Both the position numbers and the translations under genes were made by a program. Positions 38,401 to 46,783 of a stretch of 64,000 nt of DNA are shown piece after piece. Every line of letters begins with the position of its first letter. The stretch's first letter is position 1. Source of the DNA: Candidatus Omnitrophota bacterium. GTDB lineage: Bacteria; Omnitrophota; Gorgyraeia; Gygaellales; Gygaellaceae. Under the pieces are notes generated by a model. The model was not told where the DNA came from and made no database searches. It saw nothing but the letters and a program-made list of their open reading frames with translations. The stretch lies in contig JAGYNB010000001.1 of the NCBI GenBank assembly GCA_018400015.1, forward strand, positions 70,815-134,814, in the 5' to 3' direction.

Positions 38401-38573
38401 TAGGCGGGAGCGACCCATTTTTAAGGCCAATGGCTTTGTCTATTTCCTGGGGTCTTTTATTTGGAACAGTACTTACTTTGGTAATAATGCCTTGTATTTA
38501 TGCGATAATTGACGATATTACTGTAAAGGTTGTACATCATGCGACAGTGCGTAAGAATAATAACAATCATTAA
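35427..38573 (+). CDS. RND efflux transporter (AcrB/CzcA family), 12 TM
   Basis: At 1048 aa, it has the characteristic TM1, large loop, six TM, large loop, five TM layout and conserved GxxxD(D/E) in TM4 (VVDDGIII). Confidence 0.85.
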   Translation: MKIIEFSVKHSLFVNLLSALIIIAGVISMFQLRREAFPEVSFDIVTVETMYSGASAEEVEKLVTAPLEKELKNVDDVDELSSSSREGYSLIALELNPDLNENDVMKVVDDIQKAVDRVTDLPEGVEDKPLVTEITSNDMPAIKLALSGNLPEAQLRDLADKLEDRIENIEGVSSIRKTGWRDEEYWVEPDINKLKTFHVSIEEIMQALSKKNVTIPAGKLRLDGQEFIVKTTGEFVAKEDIENVIIRANDLGNWLRVKDLANVRHTFEEESIIHKTMGTRSITLIVLKREKGDAIKMVAQIKDEIKDFTKSVPKELKISTPYDLSYYIERRLNVLRNNGAIAIVLVVAVLFLFLHPMAALFTSLGIPIAMLATFWYMNSVGMSINMISMFGLIIVLGMVVDDGIIISENVYRYFENGMPAKEAAIKGANEVMAPVFATIMTTFAAFSPLLFMSGLIGKFVKQIPLVVIIALSASVIEAFVILPSHLADFVKANKDNKENRVSKIGKTIFNKVSRLYNKVLNKALNHRYKFAATILIIFITSMVYAKLFMPFLLFGSKGVEQFHIRAEAKPGTSLYRMEELLRPVEEFVGNMPREYLDSYETLIGSISEERGFDPNAKQASNVAQIEVYLSPAQGRRVSAKQIMDDMRGDLVKIKDKLPELEKLYFKEFKDGPPTGKAVDLRVRGEDFQILKTIAEEVKEYLSSLKGIKDIDDSYDTGKRELRVIIDEEKSTMAFLTVGEVATSLRNAFEGGMATEITRSKAEEKIKVLVRLPQKQRDTMDVFNNLVIVNKYGNLVPLKSIATIEDSWGLTSIEHYEGERIIGVSASVNNKQMTSKKANGLLKYKFKDISDRYPGYSIKYVGEEQDNVESMRSLVQAFAVAFLLIFLILATIFNSLIQPFVVMLTIPFGLVGVIFALSVHNEPVSFLAIMGIIGLAGVVVNDSIVFVDFINKLRKQGIDRRDSIVQAGLLRLRPVMLTTITTVFGLSTVAYGIGGSDPFLRPMALSISWGLLFGTVLTLVIMPCIYAIIDDITVKVVHHATVRKNNNNH

Positions 38574-38664
38574 GATTTAATCAGGACCATATCTTTATTA
38601 TTTTCAAGAAGATATAAGTAAATTATCTGTAACAATCAATCCTGCCAATAATTATTTAAAAATC

Positions 38665-38693
38665 TTGCTTTTTTATCTATGGTATACTATAAT
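38665..38693 (+). promoter_or_regulatory. Sigma70-like promoter TTGCTT-17-TATAAT upstream of the DUF212 gene
   Basis: I read it directly in the sequence. Confidence 0.35.
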
Positions 38694-38725
38694 TTAGGTT
38701 AATTATTGACTAAGGAAAACCGATT

Positions 38726-39175
38726 ATGGAAGAATTTTTTAGAGAAGTTGTGCTTAATAAGATTTTAATCGTGACATTGTTTGGCTGGATAATTGCTCAG
38801 ACCATCAAGGTGATTATCGGTATTATTAGGGAAAGAAGATTCAATTTCCTTTGGTTTATCGGTACTGGAGGTATGCCTTCAAGCCATGCAGCAGGCGCAT
38901 CTGCTTTGGCGACAAGCGTAGGTTTAGAGTGTGGGTTTAATTCTGTATTTTTTGCTTTGGCTGCGATGTTCGCTCTTGTGACTATGTTTGATGCTCAAGG
39001 CGTAAGGCGTGCTACTGGAAAGCAGGCCCAGATTTTAAACATGATGATGACAGACATATATTTCAAGAAAAAGATTCAGGAAGATAGGCTTAAAGAGTTG
39101 ATCGGACATACTCCTATACAGGTTTTTGTAGGTGGTCTTTTAGGCATATTCATTTCAATTTTATTTTTCAAATAA
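38726..39175 (+). CDS. Divergent PAP2 / DUF212 family membrane protein
   Basis: GGMPSSHAA and the FDAQGVRR region match the DUF212 (acid phosphatase/vanadium haloperoxidase-related) family. Confidence 0.6.
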   Translation: MEEFFREVVLNKILIVTLFGWIIAQTIKVIIGIIRERRFNFLWFIGTGGMPSSHAAGASALATSVGLECGFNSVFFALAAMFALVTMFDAQGVRRATGKQAQILNMMMTDIYFKKKIQEDRLKELIGHTPIQVFVGGLLGIFISILFFK

Positions 39176-39193
39176 ATACAAACAGGAGCTTTT

Positions 39194-40015
39194 ATGCGTA
39201 AGATGATTATACGTATTGTAGTTATTGTGGCAGCGGTAATAATTGTATTTGCGCTTTTTAGAATTGGCAGAAACAAAAGTATTCTTCATAAATCAACCGG
39301 TAAGGTTTCTGCAAAAACAGCTTCGGTTATATCCCAGGCTCAAGAATATGAAAATAATGCACAGTTTTCTAAGGCGCACGATTTATATGCAGAGCTTATA
39401 GAAAAACATCCTGATAGCCCGGATTTCATAAGCTGGCAGGAAAAGCTGGAAGATTTAAACCTTAAGATGCTGTTCTCTGCGCAAATAACTCCCGGGAGCA
39501 TTCAGTATACTGTAGAAAAAGGAGATTCTCTTTATAAGATCGCCAAAAAACATAACACAACGGTTGAGCTTATAAAGGAAAGCAATAATTTGACTAGTAA
39601 CCGTATATATGTAGGTCAAAATTTGAAGGTGTGGACTTTGCCTTTTAATATTCTAGTTGATAAATCACAGAATATTCTTCTTTTGAAGATTAAGGACACA
39701 GTTTTTAAAACTTATAATGTGGCAACAGGGGCAAATAATGCCACCCCTGTAGGAACTTTTAAGCTTAAGGATAAGTTAGTGAATCCTGTTTGGTATAATG
39801 AAGGTAAAGCAATCTTGCCGGAAGATCCTGATAATATTCTTGGTACACGCTGGATGGGTTTTGATCAGGCGCCTCGCTATGGAATTCACGGTACATCTGA
39901 GCCCGGAAGTATTGGTTCACAGGCGACCCAAGGATGCGTAAGAATGTATAATAGAGAAGTCGAACAGTTATTTGCAATTGTTCCCGAGGGGACAGAAGTA
40001 ACAATAATGGATTGA
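39194..40015 (+). CDS. LysM-domain L,D-transpeptidase (YkuD family)
   Basis: It has a LysM motif (YTVEKGDSLYKIAKKHNTTVELIKESN), a catalytic HGT...GCVRM motif and an N-terminal TM anchor. Confidence 0.75.
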   Translation: MRKMIIRIVVIVAAVIIVFALFRIGRNKSILHKSTGKVSAKTASVISQAQEYENNAQFSKAHDLYAELIEKHPDSPDFISWQEKLEDLNLKMLFSAQITPGSIQYTVEKGDSLYKIAKKHNTTVELIKESNNLTSNRIYVGQNLKVWTLPFNILVDKSQNILLLKIKDTVFKTYNVATGANNATPVGTFKLKDKLVNPVWYNEGKAILPEDPDNILGTRWMGFDQAPRYGIHGTSEPGSIGSQATQGCVRMYNREVEQLFAIVPEGTEVTIMD

Positions 40016-40016
40016 T

Positions 40017-40982
40017 ATGAACGGTCTTGATTTTGAAAAACCAATTTTAGAATTAGAAAAAAAGATCGATGAATTAAGGAGTTTTACAAGCGACAAGAAA
40101 ATCAATCTTGCCTCTGAAATAAACCGTCTTGAAGATAAACTTACCAGACTTAAAAAAGATACTTATCGCGATCTTAATCCTTGGCAGCGAGTACAAATAG
40201 CTCGTCATCCGCAAAGGCTTTACACAGCAGACTATATTAATACGATTATGAAAGACTTTGTTGAACTGCACGGAGATCGTTTGTTTGCTGACGACAAGGC
40301 TTTAATTGCAGGATTAGCCACTTTAGATGACAGAAAGGTTATTGTTATGGGTCATCAAAAAGGACGTGAGACAAAAGAAAATATTATCCGTAATTTTGGC
40401 TGTGCACATCCTGAAGGATACCGCAAGGCGTTAAGGCTCATGTATATGGCGGAAAAGTTTGGTTTACCCATAGTTGTTCTTATCGATACCCCCGGTGCAT
40501 ATCCTGGGGTAGGCGCTGAAGAAAGAGGTCAGGCCCAGGCAATAGCTTACAATCTTATGCAGATGGTCGGGATCAAGGTTCCTATTGTTGTAACTGTAAT
40601 CGGAGAAGGCGGTTCAGGAGGAGCTTTGGGTGTTGGTATAGGAGACAGAGTTTTGGTGTTGGAGAATTCTTATTATTCGGTTATTTCTCCTGAAGGGTGC
40701 GCAGCAATTCTTTGGAAAAGTAGCACTAAAGCTGCGCTGGCAGCAGAAGCCTTGAAACTTACTGCAGAGGATTTATTGAAATTTAAAATTATAGATGAAA
40801 TTGTGCCAGAACCCTTAGGCGGGGTGCATAGAGACCCCCAGAAGATGTGTCAGACTTTAAAAGAGGCTTTAGTAAGGAATCTCAACTCTTTATCCGATCT
40901 GTCCATAGATCAGATACTGGAAAAAAGATACAATAAGTTTAGAAAAATCGGCGATATCACCGAACCCGCAAAAGATGCTTAA
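40017..40982 (+). CDS. accA: Acetyl-CoA carboxylase carboxyltransferase alpha subunit
   Basis: The N-terminus (LDFEKPILELEKKIDEL) is typical of AccA. The crotonase-like CT domain has IDTPGAYPG and GEGGSGGAL. Confidence 0.9.
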   Translation: MNGLDFEKPILELEKKIDELRSFTSDKKINLASEINRLEDKLTRLKKDTYRDLNPWQRVQIARHPQRLYTADYINTIMKDFVELHGDRLFADDKALIAGLATLDDRKVIVMGHQKGRETKENIIRNFGCAHPEGYRKALRLMYMAEKFGLPIVVLIDTPGAYPGVGAEERGQAQAIAYNLMQMVGIKVPIVVTVIGEGGSGGALGVGIGDRVLVLENSYYSVISPEGCAAILWKSSTKAALAAEALKLTAEDLLKFKIIDEIVPEPLGGVHRDPQKMCQTLKEALVRNLNSLSDLSIDQILEKRYNKFRKIGDITEPAKDA

Positions 40983-41496
40983 TCAAGAGTTTATTATTTT
41001 AGGACTATTGAAATCCGGACCCCGTCACGGTTATGAGATTAAGAAAGAATTAAAAGATGTTGTCGGTCTTTTTGCCACGATAACCAATAAATCCATTTAT
41101 TATCCTCTTAGGCAAATGGAAAAGTCAGGTGTGGTGAAAAAAAACATATCGCGCGAAGGCGCAAGGCCCGAGAAATATACCTATACCATTACTGAACATG
41201 GCGATAAAAAGTTTAAGGAGCTTCTTTATAAGAATATTTCTCGTCTTGAGCGTCCGTTTTTCGATATTGACATGTGTCTTTATTTTCTACCTTTTTTGTC
41301 AAAGACTGAGGTTTCTAAGAGGCTAAAGGTAAGGATGAGACTCTTGGCAAAAATAGAGCATTGGCTTAAAAAACAGGCTAAGCAAAAAGAAAAATATTAT
41401 CCGCATCTTTCTGCGATAATAGAGCATAACTTAGATTTGATAATTTCAGAGACTGGCTTTACCAAGAAACTTTTAAATAGGTTAAACAAAAAATAA
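40975..41496 (+). CDS. PadR-family transcriptional regulator
   Basis: It has a PadR winged helix (ILGLLKSGPRHGYEIKKEL...YYPLRQMEKSG). Confidence 0.65.
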   Translation: MLNQEFIILGLLKSGPRHGYEIKKELKDVVGLFATITNKSIYYPLRQMEKSGVVKKNISREGARPEKYTYTITEHGDKKFKELLYKNISRLERPFFDIDMCLYFLPFLSKTEVSKRLKVRMRLLAKIEHWLKKQAKQKEKYYPHLSAIIEHNLDLIISETGFTKKLLNRLNKK

Positions 41497-41572
41497 AAGC
41501 TAGCTAATCTTTGAGTTAAATTCTACCTAAATACCTAAAACTACAATAGTTTAGTTTCTAATTCAAAAAAAC

Positions 41573-41600
41573 TTGAAATTTAATAAAATACCTATATAAT
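41573..41600 (+). promoter_or_regulatory. Sigma70 promoter TTGAAA-16-TATAAT ahead of the acyl-AMP ligase locus
   Basis: I read it directly. It lies in a 141-bp AT-rich gap downstream of padR. Confidence 0.45.
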
Positions 41601-41602
41601 AA

Positions 41603-41630
41603 AATTTAACTATAAAAATTTAACTATAAA
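41603..41630. repeat. Tandem direct repeat, 2 x AATTTAACTATAAA, between the -10 and the ATG at 41638
   Basis: The repeats are exact and adjacent. This is a candidate operator, but it has direct-repeat rather than palindromic geometry. Confidence 0.4.
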
Positions 41631-41637
41631 GATAATA

Positions 41638-43146
41638 ATGAATATTCCCAAAATATTACAAAACTCAGCTAATAATTATAAACATAAAACAGCAATATTC
41701 TTTAAAGGTCAGAGTATAAGCTTTGCTGATTTGGCTAGTAATGTGTTCAAGCTTACTTTTGCTTTGGCGGGTTTGGGTTTAGGCAGCAAAGATAAGGTTG
41801 CAATATATCTGCCGAATTGCCCAGAGTATATCTATACCTATCTTGCAATTTGGTCCAGTGGATCAACAGCAGTTCCGTTGGATTTTATGCTTACTGAGGA
41901 TGAGCTTGTATCCTGTATTGAACACTCCCAGGCAAAATTTTTAATAGCAAAATCTAAGGTAAAAATTAGCATTTCTAATATAAAATCTAGGTGTAGATTT
42001 TTGGAGAAAGTCATTGTTATAGACGAAGATAAAGAGTTTATTAATTTTGGATCTCTTTTAGAAAATGCCGAAGATAAATATCCTGAATGTAACTTTTCTG
42101 ACAAAGATTATTCGATAATCTTTTATACCTCCGGAACCACTGGAAAACCAAAAGGTGTTTTAATAAATTATGCGCAGATCGAAGCGCCTGCTAAAGGGAT
42201 GAAACATTTTGTGAATCTTAACGATAAAGATGTTGCCCTTTGCGCGATCCCCTTGTCTCACTTGGGGGGTTTAGTTTTCCTGCAATCTATAGTTTTTCTG
42301 GGAACAACTGTTGTGTTGATGGAGCGTTTTATGCCGGTAGAGTTTTTAAAAAACATAACAGAAAAACAAGTCACTTGTTTTTGGATTGTCCCATCAATGT
42401 ATTATGCGATTTTACAGCTCAAAGAATTCGAATGTTTTGATTTATCCAGCCTTAAGTGGGTGGTTTCATTCGGCGCACCCAGTTCTGCAGAACAGCTTAG
42501 GCGTTTTCATAAATACTGCCCGCAGGCAAAGTTTGTCAACGGCTGGGGAATGACTGAAACCAATGCCCCCAGTGTGGTAATTCCTTTGGGGAGCAAAAAG
42601 TTAGAAAGTGTTGGCCTTCCGGCTCCCTGGCTTGATCTTAAGATATTCGATAATGAAGACAATGAGGTTAAACGCGGTGAGGTTGGTGAAGTTGTGGTAA
42701 AGGGATCGGTTGTAACAGACGGTTATTATAAAGATCCGGAGTTAACCAAAGAAACTATGCGCAGCGGCTGGTTTCATACAGGAGATTTGGGCAGGCTTGA
42801 TGAAGAAGGTTACTTATATATATGCGGACGCAAAAAGGAAATGATTAAAGTTGGCGGCGAGATAGTCTTTGAGCCCGAGGTGGAGACGGCGATACATAAA
42901 CATCCTTCAATTGTCGAAGTTGCGGTTATTGGCGCAAAAGACAAATTAAGAGGAGAAGTTCCCAAGGCGCTTATTGTTTTAAAAGACAATACAAAATTAA
43001 CCGAAGATGAAGTCAGACTGTTTCTAAAAAAGCACCTGGCACATTTTAAGATTCCTCATTACTTTGAATTTGTAGATTCGCTTCCCAAGACCCGTTCAGG
43101 AAAGGTCGATAAGAAACTATTAAGAGAAAAGAACAGGAAAAGCTAA
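41638..43146 (+). CDS. AMP-dependent synthetase/ligase (fatty-acyl-AMP/CoA ligase family)
   Basis: It has an AMP-binding box (YTSGTTGKPKGV) and the conserved GWFHTGD and GRKKEMIKVGG motifs. Confidence 0.75.
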   Translation: MNIPKILQNSANNYKHKTAIFFKGQSISFADLASNVFKLTFALAGLGLGSKDKVAIYLPNCPEYIYTYLAIWSSGSTAVPLDFMLTEDELVSCIEHSQAKFLIAKSKVKISISNIKSRCRFLEKVIVIDEDKEFINFGSLLENAEDKYPECNFSDKDYSIIFYTSGTTGKPKGVLINYAQIEAPAKGMKHFVNLNDKDVALCAIPLSHLGGLVFLQSIVFLGTTVVLMERFMPVEFLKNITEKQVTCFWIVPSMYYAILQLKEFECFDLSSLKWVVSFGAPSSAEQLRRFHKYCPQAKFVNGWGMTETNAPSVVIPLGSKKLESVGLPAPWLDLKIFDNEDNEVKRGEVGEVVVKGSVVTDGYYKDPELTKETMRSGWFHTGDLGRLDEEGYLYICGRKKEMIKVGGEIVFEPEVETAIHKHPSIVEVAVIGAKDKLRGEVPKALIVLKDNTKLTEDEVRLFLKKHLAHFKIPHYFEFVDSLPKTRSGKVDKKLLREKNRKS

Positions 43147-43148
43147 TT

Positions 43149-43895
43149 ATGATGGAAAGAAAAATTCATATAAGTTCTAAGGATTTATTGAATCAAATTC
43201 AGTTTAAATCAAAAGAGATGTCTGATATTGCCTTAGTCAGCGGTCAGGTCCACAGGGTTAAATTCTGTCTGGAGCTTTTAACTGAAGTAAAGGAGAACTT
43301 CAGCACCATGGGGTATACCTTTTGGACAGGTAAATATAAAGGTAAAAGCATAACAGTGGGCAATGCCGGGCTCTATGCGCCGGATACTGTACTAGTGACC
43401 GAGTTATTGGTTGAGACTGGAATAAATTCTTTTATCCGTATCGGCAGTTGCGGCGCGTTGACTGAAAATATACAGTTGTCTGATCTCGTTATTGCTGATA
43501 GAGCATTAAGGGGCGATGGAGTTACTAAATACTACGTTAAAGATGATTTTATTCCAGCATCTTGCGAACAGTTAAACGATGTATTAGCTAAAGATATTGC
43601 TGTTAAAGGAAAAAAAGTACATAAAGGCACGGTTTGGACTACGGATGCATTGTTAAAAGAGACTCCTGAATTCGTTAATCCGGCAATTAAACAAGGTGCG
43701 ATTGCTGTGGATATGGTTACAAGCGCATTTTTAACAATGTGTTCACTGCATAAGAAAACTTCAGCTGCGGTAATGGTGGTAAGCGATAATCTCATCACCG
43801 GTGAAGTTGATTTTACTTCAGGCAAGGTTATGGAATCGGAAAAAGTAATGTTAATCTCCAGCCTGGATGCAGCAGTTAATTTTAAGAAAAGATAA
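43149..43895 (+). CDS. PNP/UDP-family nucleoside phosphorylase (MtnP- or 5'-deoxyadenosine phosphorylase-like)
   Basis: FIRIGSCGAL matches the PNP_UDP_1 core (R[IV]GSCG). It is 248 aa. Confidence 0.55.
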   Translation: MMERKIHISSKDLLNQIQFKSKEMSDIALVSGQVHRVKFCLELLTEVKENFSTMGYTFWTGKYKGKSITVGNAGLYAPDTVLVTELLVETGINSFIRIGSCGALTENIQLSDLVIADRALRGDGVTKYYVKDDFIPASCEQLNDVLAKDIAVKGKKVHKGTVWTTDALLKETPEFVNPAIKQGAIAVDMVTSAFLTMCSLHKKTSAAVMVVSDNLITGEVDFTSGKVMESEKVMLISSLDAAVNFKKR

Positions 43896-44804
43896 ATGTC
43901 TGAGTCAATACTTGCATTGCCGGTCATATTTAAAAATGATTATATAGAAGTTTTGGACGAGACGCTTCTTCCTTTTGAACAAAAATACATTACGGTGCAT
44001 ACGCTTGAAGAAGCCTTGTCTGTATTGGGTTCTATGAAAACAAGGGCTATGGGCCAAGTATTATTGTTTTTTTACTCCTGCATGCTTTTTGAAAAGGATA
44101 ATTCTATTGAGCAAATCGCCGCTAAGTTTAAACAGACGCGGCCCACATTTGATTTTGAGCTTTTGTCAGGTTTGCTTAAAAAAGCATTAGATAAACAAAA
44201 AGATATAAAAACCGCAGTGGAAAGTTTTATTGACAATTTTCAGCAAGCAAGACATAAAAGAGCAAAGCTATTGGCTTCTATCTTGCCACTAGATGCGCGT
44301 GTTCTTACAATCTGCAATGTTAATGCCGAGCTTGTCTATCTTACAGAAGAGATGAAAAAATTGAATAAGAAAATATTTTTTTATGTCTGTGAGACAAGGC
44401 CTTATTTACAAGGGACACGTCTTACGTTCTGGGAATTAAGAAGGCAGGATATCCCTTGTAGGGTTATTTGTATTAGTCAGTCCGCAACTCTTATGCAAGA
44501 TGGGTTAGTTAATGCAGTCGTTACCGGGGCAGACCGTTCTAGCACACGGGGCGGGGTTATAAATAAAATCGGCACCTATAGTCTGGCAGTATTGGCTAAA
44601 AAATTTAATATCCCGTTTTATCCTTTAACACAGTATGCAAAGGATATTGATATAGATGAAGTAAAAATTGAACAGAGAAACAAGAATGAAGTGTTTATGT
44701 TTTTAAATAGTGATTATCCACAAGTGGATGCGGTTTATCCCGCGTTTGATGTTGTAAAAAAAGAGCTAGTCACAAAGAATATAGACCTGGATAAATTAAA
44801 ATAA
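43896..44804 (+). CDS. eIF-2B alpha/beta/delta-family sugar-phosphate isomerase (MtnA- or 5-deoxyribose-1-P isomerase-like)
   Basis: The N-terminus ([22 protein letters not shown]) matches MtnA (LDQTLLP...). The C-terminal [35 protein letters not shown] matches MtnA ([25 protein letters not shown]..IPFYV). Confidence 0.6.
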   Translation: [302 protein letters not shown]

Positions 44805-44821
44805 CTTTAAGGAGGAAAAAG

Positions 44822-46282
44822 ATGAAATTGTTATTTTTAAATCCGCCAATCGGTTCATGGGTTTACTGGGGCAAACATAGAGCAATTAATGTTGCGCATG
44901 TGCAGCTTACTGCCTGTATCAGGGAGTGGGTAAAGGGCGTAGGAATTTCCGTGATGGACTGCCGCGCATCGGAGTTAAACGATGAGCAGATGATAGAAAA
45001 AATCAAACAGATTTCACCTGATGTAATATACATGGGCGATGCCTACCAGATGACCGGAACGGTTGCGATACTGCCTCTTTATCAAAAGGCAGCAAAGTTA
45101 ATAAAAAAGAGTTTTCCTAATGTAAAAATCTGCGTGGGCGGTTTTTATATTGCGGCAAATTACGAACAGATTTCAAAAGAAAGCCCTGATTTTGATTTTA
45201 TCATTTCCGGTGAAGTTGATTTGACTTTGACTGAACTTATCCGGGTTTTAAAGGATAAGAAAACAGATTTTTCTTCAATCAAGGGCCTGCTTTATAGAGA
45301 AAACGGCGCTTTTAAAACCAACGAGTACAGAGAGCTTATAAAGGATTTAGATACTTTGCCTATGCCGGCGTATGATTTATTTCCCATGGATAAATATATC
45401 GGTTATGGTTCAATGCCTTTTTATCAGGAGATTTTTACTGCCCGCGGATGTCCATTTGGCTGCGGTATGTGTATAGATTGGGTTATTGTTGATCCAAGAG
45501 GTAACCGTGACTGGCAGCAGCATAGGTTTAAGTCTGCGGCTAGAGTGGTTGATGAGATGGAGCTATTATTGACCAAATACGGTAAAAAGTATATCCATAT
45601 ATTCGATTTGAATTTTAATCCTGTCAGACGCCGTGTAGAAGAATTCCTAAAAGAAATGCAGAAAAGAAAACTTCCTATAAAATACGCATTTTTAGGCAAT
45701 GCCCATTCGTTTGTAAGAGATAAGGATCTTTTAAAAGACTTACGCGATACAGGTTTTGTCTGCGGCATATTCGGTCTTGAGGTTGAAGATGCTGAGACCT
45801 TGCAGAAGATCAAAAAAGGTATAACTGTTCAAAACGTACACGAGGTTACCCAGATGTTCAGGGAATTAGGGATTATGTCTACAATCACCTGGATGATTGG
45901 TTTTCCTGACGATGATGAAGCAAAAATTAGAAGGCGCTTTTCAGTTTTAGATGAGATTGATCCTGATGTGTCATCACTTCAGATGATGTTGCCTGTTCCG
46001 GGAATACCTTTGTATGATGAGTTTTCTCCTTATGTGGAAGAGCATGATCTGATGAAGTGGGATTTTCATCATCCGATAGTAAGGACAAAACATCTTACGC
46101 GCCAGCAGCTGGGTGAGTTGGCAGAGTGGGCAAACAGAGAGTTTTATACCAAGAAAAACCGTATTCAGCGGATTTTAGAAAGTACCACTTTGCATGAATA
46201 CCCAAAGAACATTTTCAAAAGCTACATGTTCAATCTGGAGAAATTCGCTAATGCAGCGACAAAAGAAGAGATTATTCTTTGA
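44822..46282 (+). CDS. B12-binding-domain radical SAM enzyme (class B)
   Basis: It has an N-terminal Rossmann-like cobalamin-binding region (VIYMGDAYQMTG...ICVGGFY) and a CPFGCGMC CxxxCxxC cluster at about residue 210. A strong RBS (AAGGAGG) precedes it. Confidence 0.7.
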   Translation: MKLLFLNPPIGSWVYWGKHRAINVAHVQLTACIREWVKGVGISVMDCRASELNDEQMIEKIKQISPDVIYMGDAYQMTGTVAILPLYQKAAKLIKKSFPNVKICVGGFYIAANYEQISKESPDFDFIISGEVDLTLTELIRVLKDKKTDFSSIKGLLYRENGAFKTNEYRELIKDLDTLPMPAYDLFPMDKYIGYGSMPFYQEIFTARGCPFGCGMCIDWVIVDPRGNRDWQQHRFKSAARVVDEMELLLTKYGKKYIHIFDLNFNPVRRRVEEFLKEMQKRKLPIKYAFLGNAHSFVRDKDLLKDLRDTGFVCGIFGLEVEDAETLQKIKKGITVQNVHEVTQMFRELGIMSTITWMIGFPDDDEAKIRRRFSVLDEIDPDVSSLQMMLPVPGIPLYDEFSPYVEEHDLMKWDFHHPIVRTKHLTRQQLGELAEWANREFYTKKNRIQRILESTTLHEYPKNIFKSYMFNLEKFANAATKEEIIL

Positions 46283-46303
46283 GCTTTAACAAAAATAATT
46301 GAT

Positions 46304-46783
46304 TTGAATCTAGAAAATCTGAATAAGTCAATACTGGTATGGGGTGCTTTATCTGAGGAGGCCACTGCTTACTTAAAAAGTAAACAAAAAAGCGTTATCG
46401 TCAGTGAAAACAGGCCTTTTCTAATAGGTATAAAGCACAATAAGGATAAGTTAATCCAGGCAAAGATTGATTTTGTGTATTGTACGGACAACATGCTCGG
46501 ATTTTTGTTTTATAAAAAAAGAATAGAAGAGGTAGTGCTTTGTTATAAGAAAAAAGATGATATGGGAATTGTCGCTATCACGGGAACTCTTTTTGCAGTA
46601 ACGCTGGCAAGATTGCACAACATAAAAGTAAGAGTTTTTTCTGAAGGAGATCTGGATTATTCTAGGCTGGATAAGGATAGCATTACTTTAGACGGCAAAA
46701 CTTTGGCAATTGATGAGGATAAGGAATTTTTTGAACCAGTAAAAGATGAATTCATAGAAAAGGATATGTATGAATACAGATGA
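46304..46783 (+). CDS. Small eIF-2B-family-like protein (C-terminal half of the MtnA fold only)
   Basis: VLCYKKKDDMGIVAITGTLFAVTLARLHNIKVRVF aligns by eye with the MtnA GADR...[13 protein letters not shown]..IPFYV region. The N-terminal substrate-binding half is absent. I have low confidence in this call. Confidence 0.3.
   Translation: MNLENLNKSILVWGALSEEATAYLKSKQKSVIVSENRPFLIGIKHNKDKLIQAKIDFVYCTDNMLGFLFYKKRIEEVVLCYKKKDDMGIVAITGTLFAVTLARLHNIKVRVFSEGDLDYSRLDKDSITLDGKTLAIDEDKEFFEPVKDEFIEKDMYEYR

Noticed and set aside
43532-43927. 131-aa minus-strand ORF across the PNP-like/MtnA-like junction
   Set aside because: It is antisense to two co-directional genes with translational coupling and is most likely spurious.
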